Origin: Neoconidiobolus thromboides FSU 785
Lineage: Eukaryota > Fungi > Entomophthoromycota
NCBI GenBank assembly: GCA_025603075.1
Contig: MU626321.1
Span: 1-64,000 of the forward strand
Length of the DNA: 64,000 bases
Direction: 5' to 3'
Below are positions 1-12,367 of this stretch, piece after piece. The notes under the pieces are model-generated. The model worked only from the letters and a program-made list of their open reading frames with translations. It was not told the DNA's origin and ran no database searches. The translations under genes were made by a program, and so were the position numbers. Numbering within the stretch: position 1 is the first letter of the stretch; each line of letters begins with the position of its first letter.

Positions 1-2815
1 AAGAAAAATAAGGAAAATAAACTAAGGGAGCTCAATAAAAAGTTAGCAAATGCAATTAGAGAAAGAGCTAATAAGGAAAAAGAAATTTTGAAAGCAAACC
101 ACGAAAAAGCTGATAGAATATTAAAGAAACACAAAAAAGAACGTGAAGAATTACAAAATAGACACAAAAAAGAACTTAAGAGCTATGGCAATAAAGATAA
201 CAAACAATTGAAGGAAAAACATGAGAAAGAAGCTAAACAACTTGAAGAAACTCAAGATAAAGAAAGCAAATCTATCCTTGAAAGTGAAGAAAAGGAGTCA
301 ATCAAACTAGCAGAAAAAGATAGCGAAATAAAGGATATAGAGAAAGAAATTGCAGAAACAAAAAAAAGTCTTGATGGGGTTCTCGTAACAATAACCATAC
401 TTGAATCTAAAAAAGGTGAAAGCAGTAATAAGGGTTACGCTAAGGTTGCAGAAACAGCTAAAGACAACTATATGAATCTTGTTACGATAGGCTCAGGCAT
501 AAAGCTTGATGCTAAAGCTCTAGATGTAACTAAAGGTACCTATGTGAATCCTAATACTATCGGTGCTAATGGCTCTAATGGTGCCAATAGTGCTAACATG
601 AATCCTGGTGCTAATGGTGCCAATGGTGCTAGCATGACTCNNNNNNNNNNNNNNNNNNNNNNNNNNNNNNNNNNNNNNNNNNNNNNNNNNNNNNNNNNNN
701 NNNNNNNNNNNNNNNNNNNNNNNNNNNNNNNNNNNNNNNNNNNNNNNNNNNNNNNNNNNNNNNNNNNNNNNNNNNNNNNNNNNNNNNNNNNNNNNNNNNN
801 NNNNNNNNNNNNNNNNNNNNNNNNNNNNNNNNNNNNNNNNNNNNNNNNNNNNNNNNNNNNNNNNNNNNNNNNNNNNNNNNNNNNNNNNNNNNNNNNNNNN
901 NNNNNNNNNNNNNNNNNNNNNNNNNNNNNNNNNNNNNNNNNNNNNNNNNNNNNNNNNNNNNNNNNNNNNNNNNNNNNNNNNNNNNNNNNNNNNNNNNNNN
1001 NNNNNNNNNNNNNNNNNNNNNNNNNNNNNNNNNNNNNNNNNNNNNNNNNNNNNNNNNNNNNNNNNNNNNNNNNNNNNNNNNNNNNNNNNNNNNNNNNNNN
1101 NNNNNNNNNNNNNNNNNNNNNNNNNNNNNNNNNNNNNNNNNNNNNNNNNNNNNNNNNNNNNNNNNNNNNNNNNNNNNNNNNNNNNNNNNNNNNNNNNNNN
1201 NNNNNNNNNNNNNNNNNNNNNNNNNNNNNNNNNNNNNNNNNNNNNNNNNNNNNNNNNNNNNNNNNNNNNNNNNNNNNNNNNNNNNNNNNNNNNNNNNNNN
1301 NNNNNNNNNNNNNNNNNNNNNNNNNNNNNNNNNNNNNNNNNNNNNNNNNNNNNNNNNNNNNNNNNNNNNNNNNNNNNNNNNNNNNNNNNNNNNNNNNNNN
1401 NNNNNNNNNNNNNNNNNNNNNNNNNNNNNNNNNNNNNNNNNNNNNNNNNNNNNNNNNNNNNNNNNNNNNNNNNNNNNNNNNNNNNNNNNNNNNNNNNNNN
1501 NNNNNNNNNNNNNNNNNNNNNNNNTAATGGTGCTAATGGTGCTAACATGACTCCTGGTGTTAATGGCGCTAATGGTAATAGCATGAATTCTGGTGTTAAT
1601 GGTGCTAATGGTGCTAGCATGACTCCTGGTGCTAATGGTGCTAATGGTGCTAACATGAATCCTGGTGCTAATGTTGCCAATGGCGCTAACATGAATCCTG
1701 GTGCCAATGGTGCTAGCATGACTCCTGGTGCCAATGGTGCTAATGGTGCTAACATGACTCCTGGTGTTAATGGCGCTAATGGTAATAGCATGAATTCTGG
1801 TGTTAATGGTGCTAATGGTGCTAACATGACTCCTGGTGCTAATGGTGCTAATGGTNNNNNNNNNNNNNNNNNNNNNNNNNNNNNNNNNNNNNNNNNNNNN
1901 NNNNNNNNNNNNNNNNNNNNNNNNNNNNNNNNNNNNNNNNNNNNNNNNNNNNNNNNNNNNNNNNNNNNNNNNNNNNNNNNNNNNNNNNNNNNNNNNNNNN
2001 NNNNNNNNNNNNNNNNNNNNNNNNNNNNNNNNNNNNNNNNNNNNNNNNNNNNNNNNNNNNNNNNNNNNNNNNNNNNNNNNNNNNNNNNNNNNNNNNNNNN
2101 NNNNNNNNNNNNNNNNNNNNNNNNNNNNNNNNNNNNNNNNNNNNNNNNNNNNNNNNNNNNNNNNNNNNNNNNNNNNNNNNNNNNNNNNNNNNNNNNNNNN
2201 NNNNNNNNNNNNNNNNNNNNNNNNNNNNNNNNNNNNNNNNNNNNNNNNNNNNNNNNNNNNNNNNNNNNNNNNNNNNNNNNNNNNNNNNNNNNNNNNNNNN
2301 NNNNNNNNNNNNNNNNNNNNNNNNNNNNNNNNNNNNNNNNNNNNNNTGGTGCTAATGGTGCTGATGGTGCTAGCATGACTCCTGGTGCTAATGGTGTTAA
2401 TGGTGCTAATGGTGCTAACATGAATCCTGGCGCTAATGGTGCTTCAAGTACTGTTGGTAACAATATAAACTCAGGTACCACTGGTAATAATATGAATATT
2501 GGTGCTAAAGCTTCAGAAGGAGCTTTAGGTAACGAATACAAACCATATACTAAAGGTATGGATGTGAAAATTGATGGTAAAGGTATTGAAGGAGTCAAAG
2601 GAATTGATATGAGACCAGATATTAAAACTGGTGATAAAGTATTGAATTCTGGAGCAATTACTCCAACTGAAAGTAAATTTGATAAATTTGGAATCGTGAA
2701 TGAGGCACCTAAGACTAACGGAAGCGTTAATAGTCAAGTGAATGTGGGTGGGGCTGGTCTTCCTAAACTTGATGTAAAAGAAACTGTGAAACCGTTTGGG
2801 TTTCAAGCCAGATGA
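1..2815 (+). CDS. 5'-truncated low-complexity protein: charged coiled-coil-like N-terminus, long Gly-Ala-Asn/Met-x-Pro repeat region (two assembly gaps), unique C-terminus
   Basis: Frame +1 is open from base 1 to the first gap. The same MTPGANGANGAN repeat resumes after both gaps and runs to TGA at 2813-2815. The frame shift across the gaps is attributable to estimated gap size. Confidence 0.75.
568..2440 (+). repeat. 36-bp coding tandem repeat (ATGACTCCTGGTGCTAATGGTGCTAATGGTGCTAAC-like), largely collapsed into N gaps
   Basis: Units are visible at 568-639, 1525-1855 and 2347-2440. A higher-order doublet MTPGVNGANGNS-MNSGVNGANGA occurs at 1547 and 1754. Confidence 0.9.
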
Positions 2816-3364
2816 AGTGATAAATTGATAGTTTCCAATTGTATCATTGGATGTTGACTATTGAAATTGTTAAAAATATTGATTAAAGTTTTGTTTTCTC
2901 TAATAATTTTTTATTTTGAGCTTTGAAATTCAATCAATTCATAATAGTTTTTTATTGATATATTATTTGTAATTGATTAAAGTGAAGGTCAGTATAGCCA
3001 ATCTTTAAATTTTTGGCTTTGAAATTAATTCATTTAAGATATATTGATACACCTTTTATTATCAAGTCAACTGGTAGTTCATTGTATTTCATAATTTCAA
3101 AAAGGAACACTGAATTGAAAAAATATAATGAATGGAAAACAGTTTAAAGGTTTTACAAATTATTTAAGTATATATATTTGATAGTTAATATAAATAAAAT
3201 AATATAGATATATAATTATTTGAATAAAATAGGGTTTATGATTTATATTGAGTAGCTTAAACTATTTGTAAAAGTTATTTTTAAAAAAATATGAAATAGA
3301 ACTCATCAATATATCCCTTTAAAATCACAGGAAAATTCCTTTTTAGACATATTAAATGTAATAA

Positions 3365-3471
3365 TATATGGGAGTGTTTTTTTACATTTCATTACTCCTC
3401 CGTTTTTTAAGCACTATTTGAATGGAAAATTTACTGCTAAAATTCTTAAACACAAAAATACATCCCTATAT
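3365..3471 (-). mobile_element. ~105-bp mini-TIR (MITE-like) element, copy 1
   Basis: TATATGGGAGTG...GCACTATTTGAATGGAAAA...ACATCCCTATAT matches the family consensus in reverse. Confidence 0.8.
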
Positions 3472-3860
3472 GTTATTATGATTATTATCACAAAAACTTT
3501 TACTATAAAAGTTGATCTTAATCCTTTTTTGCATTAGGGTACTTAGATAGTATTTAAAATATTGATCAAATGTAAAATAAAGTGAAAGTTACCAAGTATT
3601 TTAATTAGTATAAAAGCACTGATTTAAAGTTCAGTAAATGAGTTTATCTAATTAAAATCCTAATTCTCCTCTATTCAATAAAAAAAGTATAATATTCAAT
3701 GTAATATTTCTATTTGATACTAATCTTTTATAACTCAAATGGATAAATTAAAGCTTATTTTCGAAAATAGAACAATTTGCAATTAATTTTTCATTTAATT
3801 TCCACATAAATACGTAGAGTAAATATAACATTAAAAAAATTCAAATTATCTCTTTCAGAA

Positions 3861-5159
3861 ATGTCTGCCTCATCCAAAAGTTTTCGATTAGCTCATGATA
3901 TTATTGTCAATTTTTTGAAGTTAAATGGGTACGAAGAAACGTTAGAAACTTTCTACAAAGAAGGAGGTGATTTTTGCTCCTTAACTAAAGATACGGCTAT
4001 TACTGGATTTGAAGATAGACCTTTATTGGATATTATTACAGATTATTATTTAAAAGAAAAATTCCCTCAAGGCTTAGAAGTTAAAAAGTAAATTTGTTTC
4101 ATATCAACTTATTCTGAAATTCATGAGATTTTTTTTAGGAGACTGGATGTGCCTGTATTAAGTGATAAAGAGATTATTATAGATAATGTTATGGCTTTAG
4201 AGCCAATAGATAATATTCATTATTCAAACATACTATCCATTGTAACAACTACAATTTTAGACTCAAATTCAGGAAAACCAGTATTGATCTCATCTTCAAC
4301 TGATAAAAGTATAAAGTTAAGTGACTTAGAAACAGGTAAATTTATAGATTCGATAATTGATCCTAATTTAGGAGGAGCGGTTTTAAGTTTAGACATTCAT
4401 CCAAAACATAAAAATATATTACTTTCCTCATCCATGGATTTTACAGTAACTTTAACTGATATAACTAAGAATGAATTAATAAAGCGATGGAGCCATCATA
4501 AAAAATTTGTAAACATTGCCAAATTTTCGCCAGATGGTCAAGCCTTATTCTCAGCAAGTTATGATTATAACTTAGTTATTTATAAATCAAATCAAGGATC
4601 AATGGAAGACAATCAATATCCTAATTTTAAATATACAAAAGTTATCAATTTTGAAGGTAGAATTGAAACTGCAGCCTGGACTCCAGATAGTAAATATATT
4701 GTTGTTGCTGTTAGAGAAGATAATTATCTTTATTATATTAATGTTGAAGATTACGAAATATTAAAATATAATTTAAATAATAATGGGGATAACTTTGTAT
4801 CATTTAATATAATGGATATAAAAATATCACCTAATAAAAAACATGTATTATGTGCAACAGATCATAGATCTGGAAGATTGATTTTACTTTCTTTATTTTC
4901 TTCAACTCAATATAGAAATTACTATGGTGTTAAACAAGACGAATTATCTAATCCTAAGATTCAATTCCATCCATCTGGTAAATACTTTTTTGTTAATGAT
5001 GATGAATTTAATATTAATATTTTTGATATTAATAATGAAACTCCAATTGGTAAACTTAAAGGACATACTGGTATTATACGCTCATTAGATTTTAATGCTG
5101 ATGAAAATTTATTAATCTCTGGTTCTTATGATAAAACTATTAGGAAATGGAAGTTTTAA
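3861..5159 (+). CDS. LisH-motif plus WD40-repeat protein, 2 exons (3861-4087, 4139-5159), ~415 aa
   Basis: Exon 1 has a LisH-like motif (IIVNFLKLNGYEETLETFYKE). A GTAAAT...TTTTAG intron at 4088-4138 joins it in frame to WD40 repeats (e.g. GHTGIIRSLDF...SGSYDKTIRKW). Confidence 0.85.
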
Positions 5160-5354
5160 TAATGAGCTATTATACTGGTTTTAGGTTTATGATATTAATA
5201 AACTATGGTTACAAATAAATAAAATAAGAAGCCATAATTGAAGATATAGTATTAATCTTTATAAGTAATATTTTTCAACATTTAATTTTAAAAGAAAAAC
5301 ATAAAATACCATTTAGTGATATAACAATTTAACTAATTTTAATTTAATAATTAA

Positions 5355-5456
5355 ATATGTGGGATGTATTTTTGTGATTAAGAATTTCACTAACAAATTT
5401 TCCACTCAAATAGCGCTTAAAAAACGGAAAAATAATGAAACGTTCATACATACCAT
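5355..5456 (+). mobile_element. mini-TIR element, copy 2 (right end degraded)
   Basis: ATATGTGGGATGTATTTTTGTG...CCACTCAAATAGCGCTTAAAAAACGGAAAAATAATGAAA. Confidence 0.75.
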
Positions 5457-8078
5457 CAATATTTAATTCTATAAATTATTTTTCTAATAGTGTTTCAAAA
5501 GGTAAATATGTGATAATAGCCTAAAATTATGATATATAAGTTTAGGAATTAAGTTATAACTACTTACCTTTAAATAGATAATCTTTTATAATAAAAATTT
5601 ACTCTTATTTATTTGCCTTGTTTAAAGCCTAACTCTTAACATTAACGTTTATACCAAAAATTTATTTTAAAATATATGGTTAAATACCTCACATTAAGCT
5701 TAAACATTGCAGCCACATATTTTATAAAATTTAACCCCGATTTTTTAAATTTTAGGTAGCATAGAAAATGAACAAAACGTTGAATTAGAAGCCATTTTTA
5801 TATTAATAAATAGTTTAAAATACTAAAATGTTATAAAACATTGTCTATCTTAAGTGTACTTTCCTAAAAATACAATAAATTAAAAGATACCAAAACAAGC
5901 GTAAATGTAAATAAATCAAATAAAAAGGTTACTTTCGACTTTTCGAAAATTTAAACTACTTAAAAGTGATCAAAAAAATTAAAATACTTGAACAAAAAGT
6001 GCATTTATATTAAATCTCAAGCATCTAGTTAATATATTTAAAAAAATTAATGAACATTATAATGTTTGTAATTTAAGTAGCTCAATTCTCTGTTTGTTGA
6101 TAACATTTGACATTCAAACATATTTCCTAAGAATCTTATATTATCTTTTAAAGTACAGTATACGCTATTCAATTATAACAGATTTATTCGGATACTGCAA
6201 TCATTTAAGAATTTGACATTTTTTAATGTAATAGTGGAGTATGTATAAAATATTTAATAAAAAACAAACATAATTTTATTCTGGGATTTAGTTTGCATCA
6301 TTTTAATAAATATTCAGAAAAATCTAATTTAAACCTTCATCAAATGAAATTCAAAAAATTTCGTTTGGTAGCAGACTCTAGTAGTAACAAAAGCCTTGAT
6401 TTAAGGACTATTAGTAAAAATAACATTATCTATCCGATACCAAATGGGGCGATATTTTAGACAGACTGTTTACTTGAGTTTAAAACTATCAATTTAAACT
6501 AAACGTGATTAAACAACTTCTTAGCTTGTACTTTTTTCTCATTATAATTTAAATCATTAATATTTTCAATCCAATTAAAACCCTTAAATGAAATCAATGT
6601 CAAGTTAAAAAGTTTTCTCCGTTTAGTTTGAGAGTCAATAGAATAGTAAACCTAATATATTTTGATTTAATTTAAACATAATATGGGCATTTTTATTTTG
6701 TACTTGATAGGATTTGTCAATCAAGGTTTATTTGTTTTTATATTTGGCAAATACATGATTAAATTCCCAAGCCATGTTTAAATTGGATCATTAGATCAAC
6801 TAGCCTACTGTAAATACTAACAATTTATATAATAGGTTTAAAATTGACTTCAACTTAAAATGATTTAATTATGAATAATGATTAGATCAATTTCATTGAA
6901 GCGAATCATTGACATCATTGAGACATCATGCTTACAGCCATTTCATTCTTGAATTTATTGAATTGTTCTTAACAAGTTCTTAAATGCTGTATTTGACCAC
7001 CGAACTGAAGAAAGGTTGCATGATAACTGAGTAGCTTATAGCGAGTTAAATTAATTAACTAATAGATAAAATCCACTCAACTAATTTCAAGTTTAAATCC
7101 TAAATAGCTGTTACTAAACTTCAGGTTGAACGCTGAATTTTTGAATAAACACATCTTTTTTACATTATCCCTGTTGTTAATAAATTTAAATACAAGCCAT
7201 CAATCAATTAATTTATTATATAATAAATAAAAGAATTTCGATGATATAGCTTTGTGACAGTCTAGTTTTCATATATGAAAATTGAATTCATTATTGATTT
7301 ATTTCTTGATCAAATGATGTCGATTTGGGGGTTTGAAAAGGGTTATTCTTGGGGATACTTTCAACAGGAAGTTTCAACAAATTTATGTTTTCTTATAGAT
7401 TTAAGCTTATCAAGGTTTGTTTGATCAATAAATAAAGTTGACAAGACTTATAGTCTCAAAATAATCTGTATTAAGATAATAAACTATTCATTTTGTAATA
7501 TTAATGTACTCATTTTGAGATAAGAAAATGTCAAATTTTGCTCATTTATCAATTTCGTTCTCGAAATCAGTTGAGCATTAATTGTAAAATAGAACATTGA
7601 AAAATTTAGAAACTGTAGTTAGTTTTTTATTTGTTTATAAGATGGGCAAATTCAGTTCAAAAGAACAGGAATAGCTATTTTGATAATAGCTACTAACTAT
7701 TAAAAAGTAAAAGCAACAAAATTGTATTGTTCTTTATATATTAAAACATTATTTATATTTGAATTTTTTCAAGAAATGGTTATTAAAACTATATTAATAT
7801 TATTTCATATCTTCTTTATCAAATTAAATGTATAAGAATTCATTTATACCTTCAAAATCATTTTTCCATATTAGGCAATTTGCCTCAAAATTTAGAAATG
7901 AAGTAATCTTGTTTATTTTTAAGATGCATTATTCAAATAATATAAATAAAAAGTAACTAGAAAGTATTTCAGTTTTAAACAATTTGTTAGCTTTGTAGTT
8001 TGTAACTTTTTTGAATCTTTTCCTCTTTATAATATTTACAATACAATCAATTGATTTATTTGATACATTTTACTAACT

Positions 8079-11000
8079 ATGAAGCTTAATTTCTTAAAGC
8101 TTCTTCCAAGTTTACTTATACTTAATAGCGTATATAGTATCCCTGCTTTTAATACAATTAATGATTTCGATTTGGATGGAAATGTTTGTCCACGACACAA
8201 AGTTTCAGATTTAAAATGTAATATCCTATGTGTTAAAGATTTATCTCAATGTCCAGAAGGTGTGAAATTAGAATGTGCCGATGGCCAAGTGCCATGTGGT
8301 GATGGAGCTTGTCATAGCTCTTGTGATGGTATAAAGAATATATGTTCATGTTTAGACGACTCTACAGATCATGTTCCATGTTCCTCGAAACCAGTTATGG
8401 TAGATATTGATGCATTTGATCCTAGCATTAAAAATAAAATGCTAGCTAATAATTGCGGAGATAAATTAAATACAGCTACTGATCTCAATAACTGGTCTTC
8501 TGGAATTAATGATGAAAAATACTGGGCCGCTTGTCCACCAGCTCCAAGTCCTCAATTTACCTTTACAGAACCTATGTGGATTTCTGTTTTCTCTATACTT
8601 GGTTCAGAAATTTTATTAATCTTAATTTGGGCCGCTTATAAAAGAATAAGAGAAGGCAAGGTTCAACACATGTATGCTGTTGATACCTCACCAATTGAAG
8701 CAGATGAGAAAAAGGGAGCTGAAAACAATTCTGAGCTTGAAGATGAACCTTTCCCAATCAAAGGCTTTGTCAACGATTTTTTTGGTACTTTTATGTTATA
8801 CTCCTTTTTATTTATCAGTGTTGGATGGATTGTTTATCTCGCCGTTATTACTGCCGATTACTATGGTGCTATCAATGGAAAGCTTTATGGTATAGCCCAC
8901 GAAAATTACGATCTTTCTTCATCCATGTTTATTGGGATTTGGATTTTCGCTACTACTTGGTTTGTAGTGCTTAATGTCTTCCGTTTTCGCTTAAGAAACT
9001 TTTTCCGCATTCAAGTTAAGCCTCTTCAAGCTCAATACATTCAAATTGAACAGCCACAGATCCCTACAATCTTGTTGGACGATGGCTCTCAAATACTTGC
9101 TAAATTACGTCAAGTAGAACAAGGCTTAAAAGTAGCTTTAGGCGCTAATTATAGAATTACATCCACACAACTTTTAAGAACCTCCAATGGCTTATTATAT
9201 TTTAATTATCAATGCCGTCGTTATGTTTATAATGATAGTTCAACACACTTCCAACCCTTTGATTTTGATTTAGGAACTCATTCATCTCATTTCCTTAAGT
9301 TGAGTTCTGGTCTTTCAACCACAGAAGCTAATCGTCGTCTCGAACTCAAAGGTCCTAACTTTATTGAAGTTTATGTGCCATCTTTCGTCGTTGCTTTCCT
9401 TCAAGAATTCACTTCCTTTTTCTATCTTTATCAACTTATGATTATGTGGCTCTTTTATTATCTTGCCTACTATAAGATCGGTTTAGTAGATACCGCAGTT
9501 ATCTTTATATCAGCCCTTATTAAGGTAGTGGTAAGACTTAAGGCTGAAAGAAGAGTTAAAAAGATGGCAGAACATCAGGATCATGTCAAAATATTAAGAG
9601 ATGGTGAATGGAGTGATAAATCTACTGCCGACCTTGTACCAGGAGATATTTTCCAAGTTGAAAATAACAAAGTGGTCCCTTGCGATGCTATATTGATTAG
9701 TGGTAATATTGTTGCTGATGAATCCTCATTAACTGGAGAACCTTTACCCATCCGTAAATTCCCAGTAAAGGATGAAGAAACTGTTTATGATCGATTAGGT
9801 GCATCAAAAATTAATTCTTTGTTCTCTGGTACAACTGTCGTGCAAACTACACCTTCTAATGATGAACAAACAGTCACAGCCTTAGTTTACCAAACTTCTA
9901 CTTCTACTGATAAAGGTCAATTGGTTTATAAAATCTTATTCCCCAACCCAATTTCATTTATTTTTGATGAACAACTTAAAGTAGTTATTATTATTTTAGC
10001 TATTTGGGGTGTAGTTCTTTTCTGTTTATCATTATGGCTTCAACAAAAGGGTGGTACAGCCTCTTGGTTTTATGGTATGTTCTGTTTATCTCAAATCTTG
10101 TCCCCTATTTTGCCCGCTGCCTTGGTTGTAGGTCAATCTGTTGCTTCCAATGAATTAAGAAAAAAGAAAATTTTCTGTGTTGATTTGCCCAGAATCATGA
10201 TAGCTGGTAAAGTCCAAATTTTCTGCTTTGATAAAACTGGCACCTTAACGAAAGAAGGCCTAGAGTTTTATGGTGGGCAAATAGTTGGACCAGAAAAGAG
10301 ATTTGGCGAACTTAGATATGAACAAGAGGAATTTGATGAGCTTTTCCAACTTGGTTTAGCTTCATGTCATTCTGTAACTCAAGTGAATGGTACTTTAATT
10401 GGTAACCCAGTAGATATTGAAATGTTTACCTCAACCAAATGGAAATTACTTCAACCACCGTCCCCAGACTACGTTGATACCATGCAATCTCCAGATGAGA
10501 AACCATGGGAGGCACATATTGTAAAGCGATTCGAATTCGTTCATGCTAGAGCTTCTATGTCTGTTGCCGTTTTGGATTCAAATACTGGTCACGTTCACAT
10601 TTTTGTCAAAGGGTCTTTTGAGAAACTTAAAGATTTATCAAACCCAGCTTCAATTCCTAATGATTATGATAATGTCACTAATAACCTGGCTAAAGAAGGT
10701 TGTTATGTATTAGCATTAGCTCATCGTGACCTTGGTAAAATTGACATTGGCGCTTTAAAAGATATGAGCCGTGAAGAACTCGAAAAGGACATTAATTTAT
10801 TAGGTTTAATTGTATTCAAGAATCTCCTTAAAGAAGATACTGAGGAATCGATCCGCGAGTTAAAGGAGGGTAATACTCGTACTGTTATGATTACTGGTGA
10901 TACTGCTTTAACTGGTGTGTATATTGCTAAGGCTTGTAGCATGATGCCTAATACTTCTCAAGTCTATTTAGCTGAAACTGATGAAAATAAACAAGTTTAT

Positions 11001-12218
11001 TGGGTGGATGTAGATGAATATTCAAACCCCAATCGTACCTTACTTGATACTGACTCAATCCTTTCAATGTTCCCTAAAGATGGCTTGGGTACTACCTTAG
11101 AATTAGCTATGACAGGTAAAGCTTTTAATGAACTTTGTAGAAATGAGTCAATCATCAGAGAGCTTGTATTAAATACCCGTGTTTTTGCTCGTATGACGCC
11201 TCAGGATAAAGTAGACTGTATTAATTTACATATGGAACGTGGTGTTACTGCTATGTGTGGAGATGGTGGTAATGATTGCGGTGCTTTACGTGCAGCACAT
11301 GTTGGTATTGCTTTGTCTGAAGCTGAAGCCTCAATTGTATCACCATTTTCATCATCTTTTCGTTCCGTTGCATCGTGTGTTGAGCTTTTGCGTCAAGGTC
11401 GTGCTGCACTTGCTACTTCATTTGCTGGCTATAAATATCTTATTATGTATGGTGAAATTATGGCCTGGCTTAAGATCCCATCGTTTTACTTCTCAGTTTC
11501 TGTATCTGAAAATATTTGGATTGCTGTAGATGCTTTTATTGCTATTGGTATGACTTTAGCTATATCACAATCTAAGGCTGCTATAAAACTTTCACCCTAT
11601 AGGCCAACTGCTCGTTTATTGGGACCAGAAACATTATGTTCAACCATTGGTCAAGTACTAATTAATACTGTTTTCTTAATAGGAGCCTATGGATTATTGT
11701 ATAAACAACCTTTCTTTAAATGTAAGGAATTTGATGGTAACTACGTTGATCTTACCAAATGGTATTTATTAGGAGATAACTTTGAAGGTCAGACATTAGG
11801 TTTTGTTACTTTATTCCAATTTGTAAATGCAGGTTTTATTTATAACTTTGGGTATAAATTCCGTCGTGCTTTCTTTAGGAACTACAGCTTAATGCTTTTA
11901 TGGGCCACTTTCTTAACCATGTTAATTTATATGTTGCTTGCAGATCCCAACCGCCTTGGCTGTTTAATGAGATTGAATTGTGGCGACGAAAAGGGATTAA
12001 GTGATGAGAAATACCCAGCACCTGACTTTGAAATTCCAAAATACAACACTCCTATTGGACATAATATATACCCGCATTATTTTAGGTATGTTATGCTTGG
12101 ACTATGTTTAGGAAATATGGCATGTTCTTTAATTTGGGAAGCAGTGTTTGTCCTAGGTCCAGTTCGAAGCTATTTAAGGCAAGTTAGACCACTTGATCGT
12201 TTGAAACTTAAACTTTAA
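8079..12218 (+). CDS. P5-type (ATP13A/Ypk9-like) P-type ATPase with N-terminal signal peptide and cysteine-rich extension, intronless, 1379 aa
   Basis: Contains DKTGTLT phosphorylation site, LTGEP actuator motif, MITGD and CGDGGNDCGAL hinge motifs, M4 SPILP (PPxLP-like), and multiple TM helices. Confidence 0.93.
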   Translation: MKLNFLKLLPSLLILNSVYSIPAFNTINDFDLDGNVCPRHKVSDLKCNILCVKDLSQCPEGVKLECADGQVPCGDGACHSSCDGIKNICSCLDDSTDHVPCSSKPVMVDIDAFDPSIKNKMLANNCGDKLNTATDLNNWSSGINDEKYWAACPPAPSPQFTFTEPMWISVFSILGSEILLILIWAAYKRIREGKVQHMYAVDTSPIEADEKKGAENNSELEDEPFPIKGFVNDFFGTFMLYSFLFISVGWIVYLAVITADYYGAINGKLYGIAHENYDLSSSMFIGIWIFATTWFVVLNVFRFRLRNFFRIQVKPLQAQYIQIEQPQIPTILLDDGSQILAKLRQVEQGLKVALGANYRITSTQLLRTSNGLLYFNYQCRRYVYNDSSTHFQPFDFDLGTHSSHFLKLSSGLSTTEANRRLELKGPNFIEVYVPSFVVAFLQEFTSFFYLYQLMIMWLFYYLAYYKIGLVDTAVIFISALIKVVVRLKAERRVKKMAEHQDHVKILRDGEWSDKSTADLVPGDIFQVENNKVVPCDAILISGNIVADESSLTGEPLPIRKFPVKDEETVYDRLGASKINSLFSGTTVVQTTPSNDEQTVTALVYQTSTSTDKGQLVYKILFPNPISFIFDEQLKVVIIILAIWGVVLFCLSLWLQQKGGTASWFYGMFCLSQILSPILPAALVVGQSVASNELRKKKIFCVDLPRIMIAGKVQIFCFDKTGTLTKEGLEFYGGQIVGPEKRFGELRYEQEEFDELFQLGLASCHSVTQVNGTLIGNPVDIEMFTSTKWKLLQPPSPDYVDTMQSPDEKPWEAHIVKRFEFVHARASMSVAVLDSNTGHVHIFVKGSFEKLKDLSNPASIPNDYDNVTNNLAKEGCYVLALAHRDLGKIDIGALKDMSREELEKDINLLGLIVFKNLLKEDTEESIRELKEGNTRTVMITGDTALTGVYIAKACSMMPNTSQVYLAETDENKQVYWVDVDEYSNPNRTLLDTDSILSMFPKDGLGTTLELAMTGKAFNELCRNESIIRELVLNTRVFARMTPQDKVDCINLHMERGVTAMCGDGGNDCGALRAAHVGIALSEAEASIVSPFSSSFRSVASCVELLRQGRAALATSFAGYKYLIMYGEIMAWLKIPSFYFSVSVSENIWIAVDAFIAIGMTLAISQSKAAIKLSPYRPTARLLGPETLCSTIGQVLINTVFLIGAYGLLYKQPFFKCKEFDGNYVDLTKWYLLGDNFEGQTLGFVTLFQFVNAGFIYNFGYKFRRAFFRNYSLMLLWATFLTMLIYMLLADPNRLGCLMRLNCGDEKGLSDEKYPAPDFEIPKYNTPIGHNIYPHYFRYVMLGLCLGNMACSLIWEAVFVLGPVRSYLRQVRPLDRLKLKL

Positions 12219-12367
12219 TTTTTTTACTTTTTGATAATAATAATAATAAAGCTATAATTTTTACAAGACATAGAGTTTATAATCTCATAATTAAAATTTT
12301 AATAAATTAAGAGCAAAATGAAAAATGGAAAATAAAATAAAAAGACAGAATCGCATTATTTAAATTA

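Noticed and set aside
520-2598. 692-aa minus-strand ORF (PLAPLAPG repeats) and the 1836-2378 ORF
   Set aside because: Antisense or alternate-frame shadows of the GAN repeat. Their length comes from N runs that hide stop codons.
6800-7700. Coding-like minus-strand tract (e.g. TRYKLLSYHATFLQFGGQIQHLRTC*)
   Set aside because: Many stops and no assignable motif. It may be a decayed gene but cannot be supported.
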